Positions 48,035 through 61,055 of a stretch of 63,588 bases of DNA are shown here, piece by piece. Within the stretch, counting starts at the first letter, position 1, and every line of letters starts with the position of its first letter. The notes beneath the pieces were generated by a model. That model did no database searches, was not told where the DNA came from, and worked only from the letters and a program-made list of their open reading frames with translations. This stretch comes from Cyanobacteriota bacterium (GTDB lineage Bacteria > Cyanobacteriota > Cyanobacteriia > PCC-6307 > Cyanobiaceae): the NCBI GenBank assembly GCA_035285645.1, contig JAYKGR010000021.1, positions 1 through 63,588 of the forward strand, written 5' to 3'. The position numbers and the translations under genes are program-made.

Positions 48035-48718
48035 TCAGACGAGCGCCGGTTCGGGCCGGCGGCTGGTGCGGATCCCTTGGATCGCCTCGGCATAGTCGGC
48101 GGCGCCAAACACTCCGGAGCCGCTGACGATGGCGTTGGCTCCTGCTTCGATCACCTTCCAGGCATTGGCCGGCTTGATCCCGCCGTCCACCTCGATCCAT
48201 GGATCCAGGCCCCGTTCCTTGCAACGTTGACGCAGATCACGAATTTTTTGCACCTGGTTCTCGATAAAGCTCTGGCCGCCGAAACCAGGGTTCACACTCA
48301 TGATCAGCACGAGATCACACAAATCGAGACAATAATCAAGGGTGTCGATGGGAGTGCTGGGGTTGAGCACGGCACCAGCCTGCTTACCCAGTTCCTTGAT
48401 CTGAGCCAGATTGCGGTGCAGATGGGGGCAAGCCTCAACCTGCACAGAGATGATGTCGGCGCCGGCTCGGGCAAACTCAGGCACGTACTTCTCCGGCTCA
48501 ACAATCATCAGATGCACGTCGAGCGGTTTGCTGGTTACCGGGCGCAGGGCTTCGACGATCAGCGGGCCGATGGTGATATTGGGCACAAAGCGGCCGTCCA
48601 TGACATCCACGTGGATCCAATCGGCACCGGCAGCGTCGATGGCACGAACCTGCTCTCCCAGGCGGGAGAAATCAGCAGAGAGAATGGACGGGGAGACCAC
48701 CAGGGGTTTGGTGCTCAT
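48035..48718 (-). CDS. rpe: Ribulose-phosphate 3-epimerase
   Basis: [31 protein letters not shown] and EVDGG. Confidence 0.97.
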   Translation of the reverse strand: MSTKPLVVSPSILSADFSRLGEQVRAIDAAGADWIHVDVMDGRFVPNITIGPLIVEALRPVTSKPLDVHLMIVEPEKYVPEFARAGADIISVQVEACPHLHRNLAQIKELGKQAGAVLNPSTPIDTLDYCLDLCDLVLIMSVNPGFGGQSFIENQVQKIRDLRQRCKERGLDPWIEVDGGIKPANAWKVIEAGANAIVSGSGVFGAADYAEAIQGIRTSRRPEPALV

Positions 48719-48953
48719 GGCCGGGCCTGAGAACGGAGGATCGGGATCTTAGGCGGGCGCTCGCCCCCATTCCTGCGGCGAAGGCGCTGATACAGTGGCC
48801 GCGCCCGATCGGGATGAGCGCCGGCGAGCCATTGCGATGCCCCTGGCGGCTGACCCCGAAGGTTTGCATCGCTCCTGCACAGCCGAGAACCCGCGTTAAT
48901 GGCGGGTTGCCCGCTCCTCCTCACTCCCTTTCCCTTTACCCCGCCGGACCGCT

Positions 48954-49958
48954 GTGGATCGCTCCCTCATCCAGGAAATTCTTGAGGTCGTTGAACAGGC
49001 CGCTATCGCCTCCGCCGAGCTCACGGGCAAGGGCCTGAAAAACGAGGCCGACGCTGCCGCCGTTGAAGCGATGCGCAAGCGCATGGGCACCATCCCGATG
49101 CAGGGCCGCATCGTGATCGGTGAAGGTGAGCGCGACGAAGCCCCCATGCTCTACATCGGCGAGGAAGTGGGCAGCGGCACGGGGCCAGGCGTTGACTTTG
49201 CTGTGGACCCCTGCGAAGGCACCAACCTTTGTGCCAACAGCCAGCGTGGTTCGATGGCCGTGCTGGCCGCATCCGGCCGCGGAGGCCTTTTCAATGCCCC
49301 AGACTTCTACATGAAGAAACTGGCGGCTCCGCCGGCGGCCCGCGGCAAGGTGGATATTCGCAAGTCTGCCACCGAAAACATTGTCATCCTCAGCGAGTGC
49401 CTCGGTATTCCTGCCTCCGACCTGGTGATCGTGGTGATGGATCGCGCCCGCCACAAGGATCTGATTGCTGAAATCCGTACCACCGGTGCGCGGGTGCAAC
49501 CCATTTCCGACGGCGACGTGCAGGCCGCCATCGCCTGTGGCTTCACCGGCACCGGTACCCATTGCCTCATGGGCATCGGCGCGGCTCCCGAAGGTGTGAT
49601 CTCGGCGGCGGCTCTGCGGGCACTCGGTGGTCACTTCCAAGGCCAACTGGTGTACGACCCCGCGGTAGCCCAAACCAAAGAATGGGAAGGCCTGACCCGC
49701 GAGGGCAATCTGGCGCGCCTGGCCGAGATGGGCATCGCCGATCCCGACAAGGTGTATGAAGCTGAAGAGCTGGCGTCCGGTGAGCACGTCGTGTTTGCGG
49801 CCAGCGGCATCACGGATGGTTTGCTGTTCGACGGCGTCAAGTTCGAGAAGGACTGCGTGCGGACCAGCAGCCTCGTGATCAGCACCCTTGATAACACCGC
49901 TCGCTTCACCGATACGGTGCACATCAAGCCTGGCGCCCAGAGCATCGCTCTGCGCTGA
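48954..49958 (+). CDS. glpX: Class II fructose-1,6/sedoheptulose-1,7-bisphosphatase
   Basis: [23 protein letters not shown] and [10 protein letters not shown]. Confidence 0.97.
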   Translation: MDRSLIQEILEVVEQAAIASAELTGKGLKNEADAAAVEAMRKRMGTIPMQGRIVIGEGERDEAPMLYIGEEVGSGTGPGVDFAVDPCEGTNLCANSQRGSMAVLAASGRGGLFNAPDFYMKKLAAPPAARGKVDIRKSATENIVILSECLGIPASDLVIVVMDRARHKDLIAEIRTTGARVQPISDGDVQAAIACGFTGTGTHCLMGIGAAPEGVISAAALRALGGHFQGQLVYDPAVAQTKEWEGLTREGNLARLAEMGIADPDKVYEAEELASGEHVVFAASGITDGLLFDGVKFEKDCVRTSSLVISTLDNTARFTDTVHIKPGAQSIALR

Positions 49959-49991
49959 TCCACCCACCGGCACCATCCCCAACCCGCCTCC

Positions 49992-51299
49992 ATGCACATC
50001 GCTGTCGTCGGTCTCAGCCACCGCACGGCCCCCGTTGAGGTCCGTGAACGCCTGAGCATCCCGGAGCAGAGCATGGAGGGATCCCTGCAACAGCTGCGCG
50101 CCGATGAACAGGTGCTGGAGGCCTCTATCCTCAGCACCTGCAATCGTCTGGAGATCTATACCCTCCTCCGTCACCCAGAGCAGGGTGTGGAAGCCGTGGG
50201 GGCCTTTCTCAGCCAGGTGTCCGGTCTGGAGCTGCAGCACCTCAGCCCCCATCTGTTCACCCTGCACCACGCCGATGCCGTCGAGCATCTGCTGAGGGTT
50301 GCTGCGGGGCTCGACAGTCTTGTGCTGGGGGAGGGCCAGATCCTCTCCCAGGTGAAAAAGATGGTGCGCCTCGGCCAGGAGCACCGCTCCGTGGGTCCGA
50401 TCCTCAATCGCCTGCTGACCCAGGCCGTGAGCACCGGCAAACGGGTGCGCACCGAAACGAATCTCGGTACCGGCGCCGTGTCGATCAGCTCTGCCGCGGT
50501 GGAATTAGCCCAGCTCAAAGTGGGGCAGGCACGGGGGTTGGATGAGCTGGTATCGCTGGAGCAGGAGCAGGTGGCGGTGGTAGGAGCCGGACGGATGGCC
50601 CGGCTGCTGCTCCAACACCTGCAGGCCAAGGGGGCACGGGCTGCGGTGCTCCTCAACCGCACCCTGGCGCGGGCCGAATCGCTGGCAGCCGATTTCCCCC
50701 AGCTCCCGGTGCAGTGTCGCTCGCTTGACGAGCTCGACCACTGTCTCAGCACCTGCTCTCTGGTCTTCACCAGCACCGGTGCCGATGATCCGCTCATCAC
50801 CGCAGAACGGCTGGTCGGGCTCAACCGTCGCTCCAGTCTGATGTTGGTCGACATCGGGGTGCCACGCAACATCACGTCCGACGTGGGTGCTCTTCCTGGA
50901 GTGCAACGGTTTGATGTCGACGATCTCCAGGAGGTGGTCTCCCGCAACCAGGAGGCGCGTCGTGAGATGGCGGCCGAGGCGGAAGGGCTCTTGGCCGAAG
51001 AGGCCCGCCTCTTTCTCGATTGGTGGGACGGCCTGGAGGCGGTGCCGGTCGTCAATCGACTGCGCACCCAGCTGGAAGCGATCCGCGAACAGGAGCTCCA
51101 GAAAGCTCTGAGCCGCATGGGACCTGATCTCTCAGCCCGAGAGCGGAAAGTGGTGGAAGCCCTCTCCAAGGGCATCATCAACAAAATTCTGCACACGCCC
51201 GTCACCAACCTGCGGGCCCCCCAACCTCGCCAGCAGCGCCATGCGGCAATGCGCATGCTGGAAGACCTGTTTGAGCTGCGTGATGACCAGGCTTTCTGA
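49992..51299 (+). CDS. hemA: Glutamyl-tRNA reductase
   Basis: STCNRLEIY, GLDSLVLGEGQI, GAGRMA and DIGVPRN. Confidence 0.97.
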   Translation: MHIAVVGLSHRTAPVEVRERLSIPEQSMEGSLQQLRADEQVLEASILSTCNRLEIYTLLRHPEQGVEAVGAFLSQVSGLELQHLSPHLFTLHHADAVEHLLRVAAGLDSLVLGEGQILSQVKKMVRLGQEHRSVGPILNRLLTQAVSTGKRVRTETNLGTGAVSISSAAVELAQLKVGQARGLDELVSLEQEQVAVVGAGRMARLLLQHLQAKGARAAVLLNRTLARAESLAADFPQLPVQCRSLDELDHCLSTCSLVFTSTGADDPLITAERLVGLNRRSSLMLVDIGVPRNITSDVGALPGVQRFDVDDLQEVVSRNQEARREMAAEAEGLLAEEARLFLDWWDGLEAVPVVNRLRTQLEAIREQELQKALSRMGPDLSARERKVVEALSKGIINKILHTPVTNLRAPQPRQQRHAAMRMLEDLFELRDDQAF

Positions 51300-51419
51300 T
51301 CACATCGCCTACTCTTTCGTCAAGTCTCGACCGTCCGGCTACGAAGTGCATCCGTGGGTCGCGCGGAGTCACCCCGCTCCTTTACGGTCAGCCGTGCCAA
51401 AGCCCGAGAGGACAGCTCC

Positions 51420-52715
51420 ATGAAACGCGTGTTGGCGATCATTCTCGGCGGCGGCGCCGGCACCAGGCTCTACCCCCTCACCAAGATGCGAGCGAAACCG
51501 GCTGTGCCGCTCGCTGGAAAATACCGGTTGATCGATATCCCCATCAGCAACTGCATCAACTCGGAGATCAACAAGATCTATGTGCTGACCCAGTTCAACA
51601 GTGCCTCTCTCAACCGGCACCTCACCATGACCTACAACCTCTCGGCCGGGTTCGGCCAGGGGTTTGTCGAAGTGTTGGCAGCGCAGCAGACTCCCGACAG
51701 CCCAAGCTGGTTTGAAGGCACTGCTGATGCCGTGCGCAAATACCAGTGGTTGTTTCAAGAGTGGGATGTTGATCACTATCTGATTCTTTCCGGTGACCAG
51801 CTCTACCGGATGGATTACGGGGAGTTTGTACGCCACCACATCGCTTCCGGAGCTCAGCTCACTGTGGGTGCTCTGCCTGTAGACGGGGCCCAGGCCGAGG
51901 GGTTTGGCCTGATGCGCACCGATGGCCAAGGCAGGATTCAGGAATTCCGCGAAAAACCCAAGGGCGAGGCCCTCGAAGCGATGCGAGTCGACACGATGGC
52001 GCTGGGTCTTTCAGCCGAAGAAGCACAGAAACGGCCCTACCTTGCCTCAATGGGGATTTACGTCTTTAGTCGCGATACCCTGTTTGACCTGCTTAAAAGT
52101 AATCCCAACGCAACCGATTTCGGCAAGGAGATTATCCCTACTGCCCTGCAACGTGGCGACCGGCTTCAGAGCTTTCTATTTGACGATTACTGGGAAGACA
52201 TTGGCACGATTGGCGCCTTCTACGAGGCCAACCTTGCCCTTACAGCCCAGCCCAATCCTGCCTTCTCCTTCTACGACGAGAAATTTCCGATTTACACCCG
52301 GCCGCGCTACCTGCCGCCCAGCAAACTTCAGGATGCTCAGGTCACCGAGTCCATCGTGGGCGAGGGTTCACTGATCAAAGCCTGCAGCATTCACCACTGC
52401 GTGCTGGGTATTCGCAGCCGGGTGGAAGACGAAGCGGTGCTACAAGACACTTTGGTCATGGGTGCAGATTACTACGAGTCGAGTGAAGAACGCTTGCTGT
52501 TGCGCGAGCGCGGCGGCATTCCGATCGGGGTTGGTCAAAGCACCACGGTGAAGCGTGCGATTCTCGACAAAAACGTTCGCATCGGTCGGGATGTCACCAT
52601 CATCAACAAAGACAGGGTTGAAGAAGCTGATCGCCCCGAATTAAATTTCTACATTCGCAATGGCATTGTGGTCATTATAAAGAATGGCACCATTGCTGAC
52701 GGAACGGTCATCTGA
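51420..52715 (+). CDS. glgC: Glucose-1-phosphate adenylyltransferase
   Basis: [26 protein letters not shown] and YWEDIGT; start MKRVLA. Confidence 0.97.
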   Translation: MKRVLAIILGGGAGTRLYPLTKMRAKPAVPLAGKYRLIDIPISNCINSEINKIYVLTQFNSASLNRHLTMTYNLSAGFGQGFVEVLAAQQTPDSPSWFEGTADAVRKYQWLFQEWDVDHYLILSGDQLYRMDYGEFVRHHIASGAQLTVGALPVDGAQAEGFGLMRTDGQGRIQEFREKPKGEALEAMRVDTMALGLSAEEAQKRPYLASMGIYVFSRDTLFDLLKSNPNATDFGKEIIPTALQRGDRLQSFLFDDYWEDIGTIGAFYEANLALTAQPNPAFSFYDEKFPIYTRPRYLPPSKLQDAQVTESIVGEGSLIKACSIHHCVLGIRSRVEDEAVLQDTLVMGADYYESSEERLLLRERGGIPIGVGQSTTVKRAILDKNVRIGRDVTIINKDRVEEADRPELNFYIRNGIVVIIKNGTIADGTVI

Positions 52716-52854
52716 ATCCGGGTCATCCAGCCGACATCACCGCGTCGTCGCTCTCCGTTGCGACAGCGCTTCCTGACAAGCCTGCTGTGACTGCGGCCTG
52801 AGAAGGCCCCTCGGGCCACACTGCCAGTAGAGCCTGACCTTGCCCTCGCACTCC

Positions 52855-54288
52855 ATGGCTAACGCGCATTTCGGCCTCATCGGCCTCGGTGTCATGGGCG
52901 AAAACCTCGTCCTCAACGCCGAACGCAACGGCTTCTCGAGCGTTGTCTACAACCGCACCTGGTCCAAGACCGAAGAATTCCTGGCTGGCCGAGGCGCCGG
53001 CAAACAGATTGAGGGTGCCCCCACCCTCGAAGCCTTCGTGGCGGCCCTCGAGAGGCCTCGGCGCATCCTGATGATGGTGAAGGCCGGCGCCCCTGTGGAT
53101 GGCGTGATCCAGCAGATCTCACCCCTGCTCGAGGAGGGTGATCTGTTGATCGATGGCGGCAACTCCCTCTACACCGACACCGAGAGACGGGTGGCCGAAC
53201 TGGAGAGCAACAGCTTCGGCTACATCGGCATGGGCGTGTCGGGCGGCGCCAAGGGGGCGCTCGAAGGGCCCAGCATGATGCCAGGCGGCACCCGCGCCGC
53301 CTATGACGCGATCGAATCCCTGGTGCGCAAGATGGCGGCCCAGGTCGACGATGGGCCCTGCGTCACCTACATCGGACCCGGTGGGGCTGGCCACTTTGTC
53401 AAAACGGTTCACAACGGCATCGAATACGGCATTGAGCAGGTGCTCGCCGAGGCCTACGACCTGATGAAGCGGGTGGCCGGGTTGAACGGCGACCAAATGG
53501 CCGACGTGCTCGCGGCCTGGAATGAAACCGAAGAGCTGGCCTCCTTTCTGGTGGAGATCACCGAGGTGTGCCTGCGCACCAAGGATCCCGAGAGCGGGGG
53601 TGACCTGGTGGAGTTGATCGTGGATGCGGCCGGCCAGAAGGGCACCGGCCTCTGGACCGTGGAGAGCGCCCTCAACATGGGTGTGGCCGTGCCCACCATC
53701 TACGCAGCCCTCAATGCCCGGGTGATGAGCTCCCTGCGGCCGGAACGCCTGGCGGCCGAAGCGATTCTGCCCAGCGCCAAGCCGGCCGCGGTGCCCAGCC
53801 ACGCTTTTGATCTGGGCGATGCCACAGCCGGCATGCCGGCCCTGCGCGACGCCATCATCCTGGCCTGCATCGCCAGCTATGCCCAGGGAATGGCCTTGAT
53901 GCAGGAGGCCTCCAGGCTGCACAACTACAACCTCGACATGGCCGCCATCGGCCAGATCTGGAAAGGGGGCTGCATCATTCGTGCCCGTCTGCTGCAGCGC
54001 ATCCAGGACGCCTACCGCAGCCGGGCTGACCTGACCAACCTGCTGGTGGATCCCTGGTTCGCCCAGCAGGTGAACAGCCGACTGGCCGGACTGCGCCAGG
54101 TGGTGGCCGGTGCAGCTCTGGCAGGAATTCCGGTGCCTTGCCTCAGCAGCACGCTCGATTACATCACCAGCTACGGCAGCGGCCGCCTGCCCCAGAATCT
54201 GGTGCAGGCCATGCGCGACTGCTTCGGCTCTCACACCTATGAGCGGATCGATCGCGACGGCAGCTTCCATACCGAGTGGCTCAGCTGA
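52855..54288 (+). CDS. gnd: 6-phosphogluconate dehydrogenase (NADP+)
   Basis: GLGVMG, HFVKTVHNGIEYG, AGQKGTG and RDCFGSHTY. Confidence 0.97.
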   Translation: MANAHFGLIGLGVMGENLVLNAERNGFSSVVYNRTWSKTEEFLAGRGAGKQIEGAPTLEAFVAALERPRRILMMVKAGAPVDGVIQQISPLLEEGDLLIDGGNSLYTDTERRVAELESNSFGYIGMGVSGGAKGALEGPSMMPGGTRAAYDAIESLVRKMAAQVDDGPCVTYIGPGGAGHFVKTVHNGIEYGIEQVLAEAYDLMKRVAGLNGDQMADVLAAWNETEELASFLVEITEVCLRTKDPESGGDLVELIVDAAGQKGTGLWTVESALNMGVAVPTIYAALNARVMSSLRPERLAAEAILPSAKPAAVPSHAFDLGDATAGMPALRDAIILACIASYAQGMALMQEASRLHNYNLDMAAIGQIWKGGCIIRARLLQRIQDAYRSRADLTNLLVDPWFAQQVNSRLAGLRQVVAGAALAGIPVPCLSSTLDYITSYGSGRLPQNLVQAMRDCFGSHTYERIDRDGSFHTEWLS

Positions 54289-54289
54289 G

Positions 54290-55015
54290 ATGTCCGCTTC
54301 CTCCACCCGCTACCAGCTGATCGTGTGCAGCTCCGCTGCCGAGATGGCCCGGCGTTGCGCCGAAACCATCGCCGCCCGTCTCGACCTGGCCCTGGATCAA
54401 CGCGATCGGGCTCAGATTGCTCTGGCAGGGGGCGAGACACCCCGAGCCACTTATGAGCGACTGGGCGGTGAACGGCTGCCCTGGGATCGGGTGGATGTGC
54501 TGCTGGGCGATGAACGCTGGGTACCCGTTGATGACCCCGCCAGCAATGCCCGCATGATCGGCGCAACGCTCCTCCAGGGAAAGGCTGGATGCCAGGCCCG
54601 CTTTCATCCGGTGCCCACCCATCTGCCGACACCGGAGCAGGGTGCCGAGGCCTACGGGGAGCTATTGGAGAAGCTCTGCCCAGGCTCACCCCCACGGCTG
54701 GATGTGGTGCTCCTGGGGCTGGGTGACGACGGCCACACGGCATCGCTGTTTCCTGGCACTGCCGCCTGTGGCGTGGCAGACCGGTGGGTGACTGTTGGCG
54801 AGGGCAAGGGGCTGCCGCGCATCACCTGCACCGCACCCCTGTTGTCGGCTGCTCGCCAGGTGCTGTTTCTGGTGAGCGGCGCGGGCAAGCGGCAGGCCCT
54901 GCAGCGCCTGCTCGATGCGAGCGCTTCAGCCGCCGAAACACCGGCCAAGCTGGTGGCACCAACCGACGCTGTGGTGATCGTGGCCGATGAAGCTGCCGCC
55001 GCAGGCCTCAGCTAA
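54290..55015 (+). CDS. pgl: 6-phosphogluconolactonase
   Basis: ALAGGETP, GDERWVP and LGLGDDGHTASLFP. Confidence 0.95.
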   Translation: MSASSTRYQLIVCSSAAEMARRCAETIAARLDLALDQRDRAQIALAGGETPRATYERLGGERLPWDRVDVLLGDERWVPVDDPASNARMIGATLLQGKAGCQARFHPVPTHLPTPEQGAEAYGELLEKLCPGSPPRLDVVLLGLGDDGHTASLFPGTAACGVADRWVTVGEGKGLPRITCTAPLLSAARQVLFLVSGAGKRQALQRLLDASASAAETPAKLVAPTDAVVIVADEAAAAGLS

Positions 55016-55018
55016 ACG

Positions 55019-55591
55019 ATGACAGCAGCTGATCGTCTCACCGTGGCCCAGGGTGAGGGCTTCGCCGGATGGCACGCCCTCAATGACACCATCATGGGAG
55101 GCCGCAGCAGTGGCAGCTGCCATGTGGGGCCGAGCGGTCTGGTGTTCGATGCCGACGTGGTTACCGAGGGTGGCGGCTTCGTCAGCCTGCGTTCACCCCA
55201 GCTGTCGCCGCCACTCAACCTCAGCGCCTGGGGTGGCCTGGAGCTTGAGCTCCGGGGTGATGGTCGCACGTACAAATTGGCGGTGGGTTGCGCCGACGGT
55301 GTGGCCGGACTCACCGAGCTCATCCCCGGAGGACTGCGCTGGGTGGCAGCCTTTGCCACTGCGGAAAGCGGCCTCAGCCGCGTGCGAATCGGATTTGACC
55401 AACTCACTCCATCGCTGCGGGCCAAACCGATCGACAGCCTGCCCCTCGGCATGCCCCTGCGCTTCGATCCCTCGCGGATCACGCGCTTGCAGCTGCTGCA
55501 TTCGCGCTTTGGTGATGATGGCCAGCCCAACCCGGGGTTCCGGCCGGGCCCACTGCACCTCGAACTGATCGCCATTCATGCCGTGCCCTGA
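55019..55591 (+). CDS. CIA30 family protein
   Basis: LNDTIMGGRS, GGGFVS and GDGRTYK. Confidence 0.9.
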   Translation: MTAADRLTVAQGEGFAGWHALNDTIMGGRSSGSCHVGPSGLVFDADVVTEGGGFVSLRSPQLSPPLNLSAWGGLELELRGDGRTYKLAVGCADGVAGLTELIPGGLRWVAAFATAESGLSRVRIGFDQLTPSLRAKPIDSLPLGMPLRFDPSRITRLQLLHSRFGDDGQPNPGFRPGPLHLELIAIHAVP

Positions 55592-55955
55592 GCCACTCAG
55601 TCGCATTGCCGCCGCCGCCGATCTCAGCCGCAGCCCCCTGCGCCATGGTGCGCGCGTGGTGGAGGGCGATCCCCACCACAACGACTTCACCGTGCGATTG
55701 GAGGCACGAGGGCCTGCGGGCGAGCGGCTCGAGCCCCACGACCTGGAACTCGAGATCTATCGCAGCGGTGATGGTGTGAACCTCACCTTGGCCTGGCACC
55801 ACGACGACAGCCGGCCGATGCTCTGGCAGGGCTGCCATGCGGTGTGGATGGATCCGGAGGGGCGCCGTTGCGGGGCCCCCAGCGACGGCGCCCCCCTCGA
55901 GGCCCTGGCCCGCCGCCTGCGGGCCCTGTTTGCGGCGGGAGACCTCAGCGACTGA
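55578..55955 (+). CDS. Hypothetical protein
   Basis: 125 aa; overlaps the CIA30 end; [26 protein letters not shown]. Confidence 0.75.
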   Translation: MPCPEPLSRIAAAADLSRSPLRHGARVVEGDPHHNDFTVRLEARGPAGERLEPHDLELEIYRSGDGVNLTLAWHHDDSRPMLWQGCHAVWMDPEGRRCGAPSDGAPLEALARRLRALFAAGDLSD

Positions 55956-57525
55956 AATGGGCCTTGGCGTCGTACAGGATTTCGGCGTTGATCAGCGCGA
56001 TGCCGCGATCGCGGGCATAGAGCTCGGTGTTGCGCCGCACCTTGCCGCGCACAAAAAACGGGATGCGATGCAGCTCCGCCTCGCCATCGTCGGTCCAGCG
56101 CAGTTCGCCATCACCGGCGGTGAGCACCGCTGCGGAGCTCACCGCCTCGGCCGCAGCCGGCGGTGCCGACTCACCCAGGTGACTGCGATGGCCATCCACG
56201 AATTCAAAATCATGGCGGAACATGCCAATCAGGTGTTCTTCCAGACCCATCATCAGCGGATGCACCCAGGTATCGAAGATCACGTTGGCCCCCTCCCAAC
56301 CCATCACCGGGGCATAGCGAGCCGGCACATCCTGCACATGCAGGGGCGAGCTGATCACGGCGCAAGCCACACCTAAGCGTTTGGCGCTGTGACGCTCCAT
56401 CTGGGTGCCGAGCACCAGCTCCGGCGCACAGGCGGCCATCGCCTTCTCCACCGCCAGGTAATCGTCGGTGATCAGGGCCTCCAGGCCGATGGCCGCCGCA
56501 ACCGCTCGCACCTCCCGGGCCATCTCCCGGCTGTAGGTGCCCAGGCCCACCACCTCAAAGCCCATCTCCTCACGGGCGATGCGACAGGCCGCCAAGGCGT
56601 GGGTGCCATCCCCGAAGATGAACACCCGCTTGCCGGTGAGGTAGGTGGAATCCACGCTGGCGGAGTACCACGGCATGCGAGAGCGGTGATGCTCGGCCGC
56701 CGCTGGGATGTCGAGCTCCAGCACCCGGCCCAGTTCCGCGAGAAAATCGGCCGTGGCACCAACCCCGATCGGCACCGTGCGCACCGTGGGCATGCCAAAA
56801 CTGCGCTCCAGCCAACTGCACACACTGCCCGCCACCTCGGGATACAAGCACACGTTGGCATCGGCGGCTGGTAGGCGCTGCAGGTCGGCCGGTCGTGCTC
56901 CCAGGGGCGCCGTCACCTGAACATCCACACCATGGCTGGCCAGCAACCGGGTCACCTCCACCAGATCATCGCGGCAGCGAAAGCCCAACAAACTGGGGCC
57001 CAGAAGGTTCACCCGCGGCCGCCGACCCTCCTCACGCCAGCGGCCGGCCGACGGCTTGGGCGTGCCGGGAACGGGCAGGCGGTCCTTGAGCAGGGTGCGG
57101 ACCAACTGATAGAAGGTTTCCGCGGCACCCCAGTTTTCCTTCTTGGAGTAGGCGGGGAGCTCCAGGCTCACCATGGGGATACCCCCCAGGTCCATGCCGG
57201 CGGCCAGGGCGCCGGGTTGATCCTGAATCAACTCCGCAGTGCAACTCTCGCCCACCAGAAGAGCCTCGGGCTGGAAGCGCTGCACGGCATCGGCGATGGA
57301 ACGCTTCACCAGCTCGGCCGTGTCGCCCCCCAGGTCGCGGGCCTGAAAGGTGGTGTAGGTCACCGGCGGCCGCCGGTCGCGTCGCTCGATCATCGTGAAC
57401 AGCAGATCGGCGTAGGTATCGCCCTGGGGAGCGTGAAGCACGTAATGCACCCCTTCCATGGAAGAGGCGATCCGCATGGCCCCCACATGGGGCGGACCCT
57501 CATAGGTCCAAAGCGTTAGTTCCAT
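55945..57525 (-). CDS. chlB: Dark-operative protochlorophyllide reductase subunit B
   Basis: [26 protein letters not shown] and C-terminal [14 protein letters not shown]. Confidence 0.97.
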   Translation of the reverse strand: MELTLWTYEGPPHVGAMRIASSMEGVHYVLHAPQGDTYADLLFTMIERRDRRPPVTYTTFQARDLGGDTAELVKRSIADAVQRFQPEALLVGESCTAELIQDQPGALAAGMDLGGIPMVSLELPAYSKKENWGAAETFYQLVRTLLKDRLPVPGTPKPSAGRWREEGRRPRVNLLGPSLLGFRCRDDLVEVTRLLASHGVDVQVTAPLGARPADLQRLPAADANVCLYPEVAGSVCSWLERSFGMPTVRTVPIGVGATADFLAELGRVLELDIPAAAEHHRSRMPWYSASVDSTYLTGKRVFIFGDGTHALAACRIAREEMGFEVVGLGTYSREMAREVRAVAAAIGLEALITDDYLAVEKAMAACAPELVLGTQMERHSAKRLGVACAVISSPLHVQDVPARYAPVMGWEGANVIFDTWVHPLMMGLEEHLIGMFRHDFEFVDGHRSHLGESAPPAAAEAVSSAAVLTAGDGELRWTDDGEAELHRIPFFVRGKVRRNTELYARDRGIALINAEILYDAKAHFSR

Positions 57526-57559
57526 AGTGGCGGGCAGGTGGGAAAGAGAGGATGGAAGC

Positions 57560-58924
<1,365 letters not shown>

Positions 58925-58948
58925 TTACATGCTGTGGTGCGGAGGGTG

Positions 58949-59377
58949 TCAGAACCGGCGCCCAAAACCATCCTGGGGCGCTTCGCGGAAACGGTTGCCG
59001 CCGAACGCACCAGCAGCGGCCTCGCGGGCCTCGCCCAGGCGGCTCAACCGCCAGAGATTGCGCGACAGGCGCCGGGCGCGCAAACCGGCCCGCTCCACCA
59101 CCTCCCCGCTGGCGCGTGCGCCGAGGAGGTGGCTCACCTCAACCGTGGTGAGGGGAGCGCCGGTGTCGATCGCGAGGCGTGTGAGCTCGAGGCGCTGGCG
59201 CAGCGCAGCCAGATCGGCCTGGGCGTCGTCGGCATCGCTCCACATCCAGGGGAGGTCGTTACCGCTGGCAGCCAGTTTCTGGAGCAGGCCCAGCCCGATC
59301 ACCGCCAGAGCCTGATCGGGCTTGAGGGTCTGATCGGAGCCGGCAGTGGGGACAGCACCGGTGGAATCGGGGGCCAT
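58949..59377 (-). CDS. Hypothetical protein between chlN and csoS1D
   Basis: Start MAPDSTG; LRQRLELTRLAIDTGAPLTTVEVSHLLGAR; same strand as chlN. Confidence 0.75.
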   Translation of the reverse strand: MAPDSTGAVPTAGSDQTLKPDQALAVIGLGLLQKLAASGNDLPWMWSDADDAQADLAALRQRLELTRLAIDTGAPLTTVEVSHLLGARASGEVVERAGLRARRLSRNLWRLSRLGEAREAAAGAFGGNRFREAPQDGFGRRF

Positions 59378-59478
59378 CGCGGAACGAAATGCTGGGCGGA
59401 CGGTATCGGCTCTAGCGCGAGACGCAAGGGCTCGGCTGGGGTGAAGGAGTACGATCCACGGCACTGCGGGCGCTGTCG

Positions 59479-60246
59479 ATGCCATCCAGGCCATTGCCCC
59501 GCACAACCCAGGGCGATGGGCCGCGGATCACCGGCACGGTGACCGGCACCAATCTTTCCGGCGCAAGCTGCGTCATCACAACCGACAGCGAAGGGCGGCG
59601 GATCGCACGTCAGTCGAGCCAGGTGCAGTCGATTGAGCTGCGCACCTACGTGTTCCTCGACTCGCTGCAGCCCCAGCTGGCCGCTTACATGGGCACGGTG
59701 TCGCAAGGATTCCTGCCGATCCCGGGCGATGCCTGCCTGTGGCTGGAGGTGTCGCCGGGCATGGCGGTGCATCGCGTGACCGACATTGCGCTCAAGGCCA
59801 GCACGGTGCGCCTCGGCCAGATGGTGGTGGAGCGAGCCTTCGGCTCGATCGCCATGTACCACCGCGACCAGAGCAATGTGCTCCATTCCGGCGATGTGGT
59901 GCTGGAAGCGATCGGCAGCAGCATCGACCGCCGCAGCCGCTGCCAGGTCACCTGGACCGAGATCATCCGCGCCATCACGCCAGACCATGCGGTGTTGATC
60001 AACCGTCAGAACCGCCGGGGCTCGATGATCCAATCCGGAATGAGCATGTTCATTCTCGAAACCGAGCCAGCTGGCTATGTGCTCATCGCCGCCAATGAGG
60101 CGGAGAAGGCCTCCAACATCACCGTGGTGGATGTCAAGGCCGTGGGCGCGTTCGGCCGTCTCACCCTGGCGGGCCATGAGGGCGATGTGGAAGAGGCGGC
60201 GGCAGCCGCGATGCGGGCGGTAGACCTGATCAACCGCAGCGGTTGA
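59479..60246 (+). CDS. csoS1D: Tandem-BMC carboxysome shell protein CsoS1D
   Basis: [23 protein letters not shown] and ETEPAGY..AANEAEK. Confidence 0.93.
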   Translation: MPSRPLPRTTQGDGPRITGTVTGTNLSGASCVITTDSEGRRIARQSSQVQSIELRTYVFLDSLQPQLAAYMGTVSQGFLPIPGDACLWLEVSPGMAVHRVTDIALKASTVRLGQMVVERAFGSIAMYHRDQSNVLHSGDVVLEAIGSSIDRRSRCQVTWTEIIRAITPDHAVLINRQNRRGSMIQSGMSMFILETEPAGYVLIAANEAEKASNITVVDVKAVGAFGRLTLAGHEGDVEEAAAAAMRAVDLINRSG

Positions 60247-60850
60247 GACCACCCGCTCTCTGGTGGGCTTCGAGGCCCAGGAGCTGGCGCAAACCCGGAG
60301 CGATGGCGCGAGCCGCTTTGCCGCGGCTGCCCAGGCGAGAGCGCAGATGTTCGCCCATCTGCGCGTAACTGCAACCGGCTTCGCGCACGTAGAAAATCGT
60401 GTCGTAGCCAGTGCCTTCGCCTTGGGGTTGGCGCAGCACCAGGCCGCGGCACACCCCTTCAGCCTCCAGCACCGTCTCACCGCTGGGATCGGCCAGCACC
60501 ATGGCGCTGCGAAAGCTGGCACCGCGATAGAGGGTCTCGCCCATGGCGTGCAACAGCCGCGCAATGCGTTCGGCGTCGGTGGGCGCATAGCGGGCCGACA
60601 GAACCCCGGGAGCGCCGCCGAGGGCATCCACTTCGATGCCGGAATCATCGGCCAGGGCCCAGTGGCCGGTATGGGCTGCCACGGCTTCGGCCTTGAGGCG
60701 GGCATTGGCCAGGTAGGTGGCGCCGGTTTCCTCGATCTCAAGCCCCACGGGCTGACGGCGCACCTCCAGACCCACCGCCTCCAGCATCGTGCTGATTTCG
60801 GCCACCTTCTGAGGGTTGCCGCTGGCGATCACCAGGATGGGTGGAGCCAT
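60230..60850 (-). CDS. rdgB: Non-canonical purine NTP pyrophosphatase (Ham1/RdgB)
   Basis: [26 protein letters not shown] and GYDTIF; start MAPPILV. Confidence 0.92.
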   Translation of the reverse strand: MAPPILVIASGNPQKVAEISTMLEAVGLEVRRQPVGLEIEETGATYLANARLKAEAVAAHTGHWALADDSGIEVDALGGAPGVLSARYAPTDAERIARLLHAMGETLYRGASFRSAMVLADPSGETVLEAEGVCRGLVLRQPQGEGTGYDTIFYVREAGCSYAQMGEHLRSRLGSRGKAARAIAPGLRQLLGLEAHQRAGGLNRCG

Positions 60851-61055
60851 AAAACCCCCGTGCAGGGGCCATTGTGCCGGATGGGGTGAGGCAGGACGGG
60901 TTGAACATTCCACCCCGGCCAAGGACCAGGATTCCTGCCTCGCAAGGACAGTAGGCACTTTTCCCTACTGAACGGTGGCCCAGGGAACCCGTTTGTGGGC
61001 ATCCTGACGCTGGCGCGAACGGCCGTGCCTAGGTTGCGGGATTCCAGAGCAGCCG

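Noticed and set aside
59435-59452. GCTGGGGTGAAGGAGTAC (AGVKEY) upstream of csoS1D matches the rbcL 5' end at 16 of 18 nt
   Set aside because: The match does not extend, and matches this short are expected by chance in a GC-rich 63-kb window.
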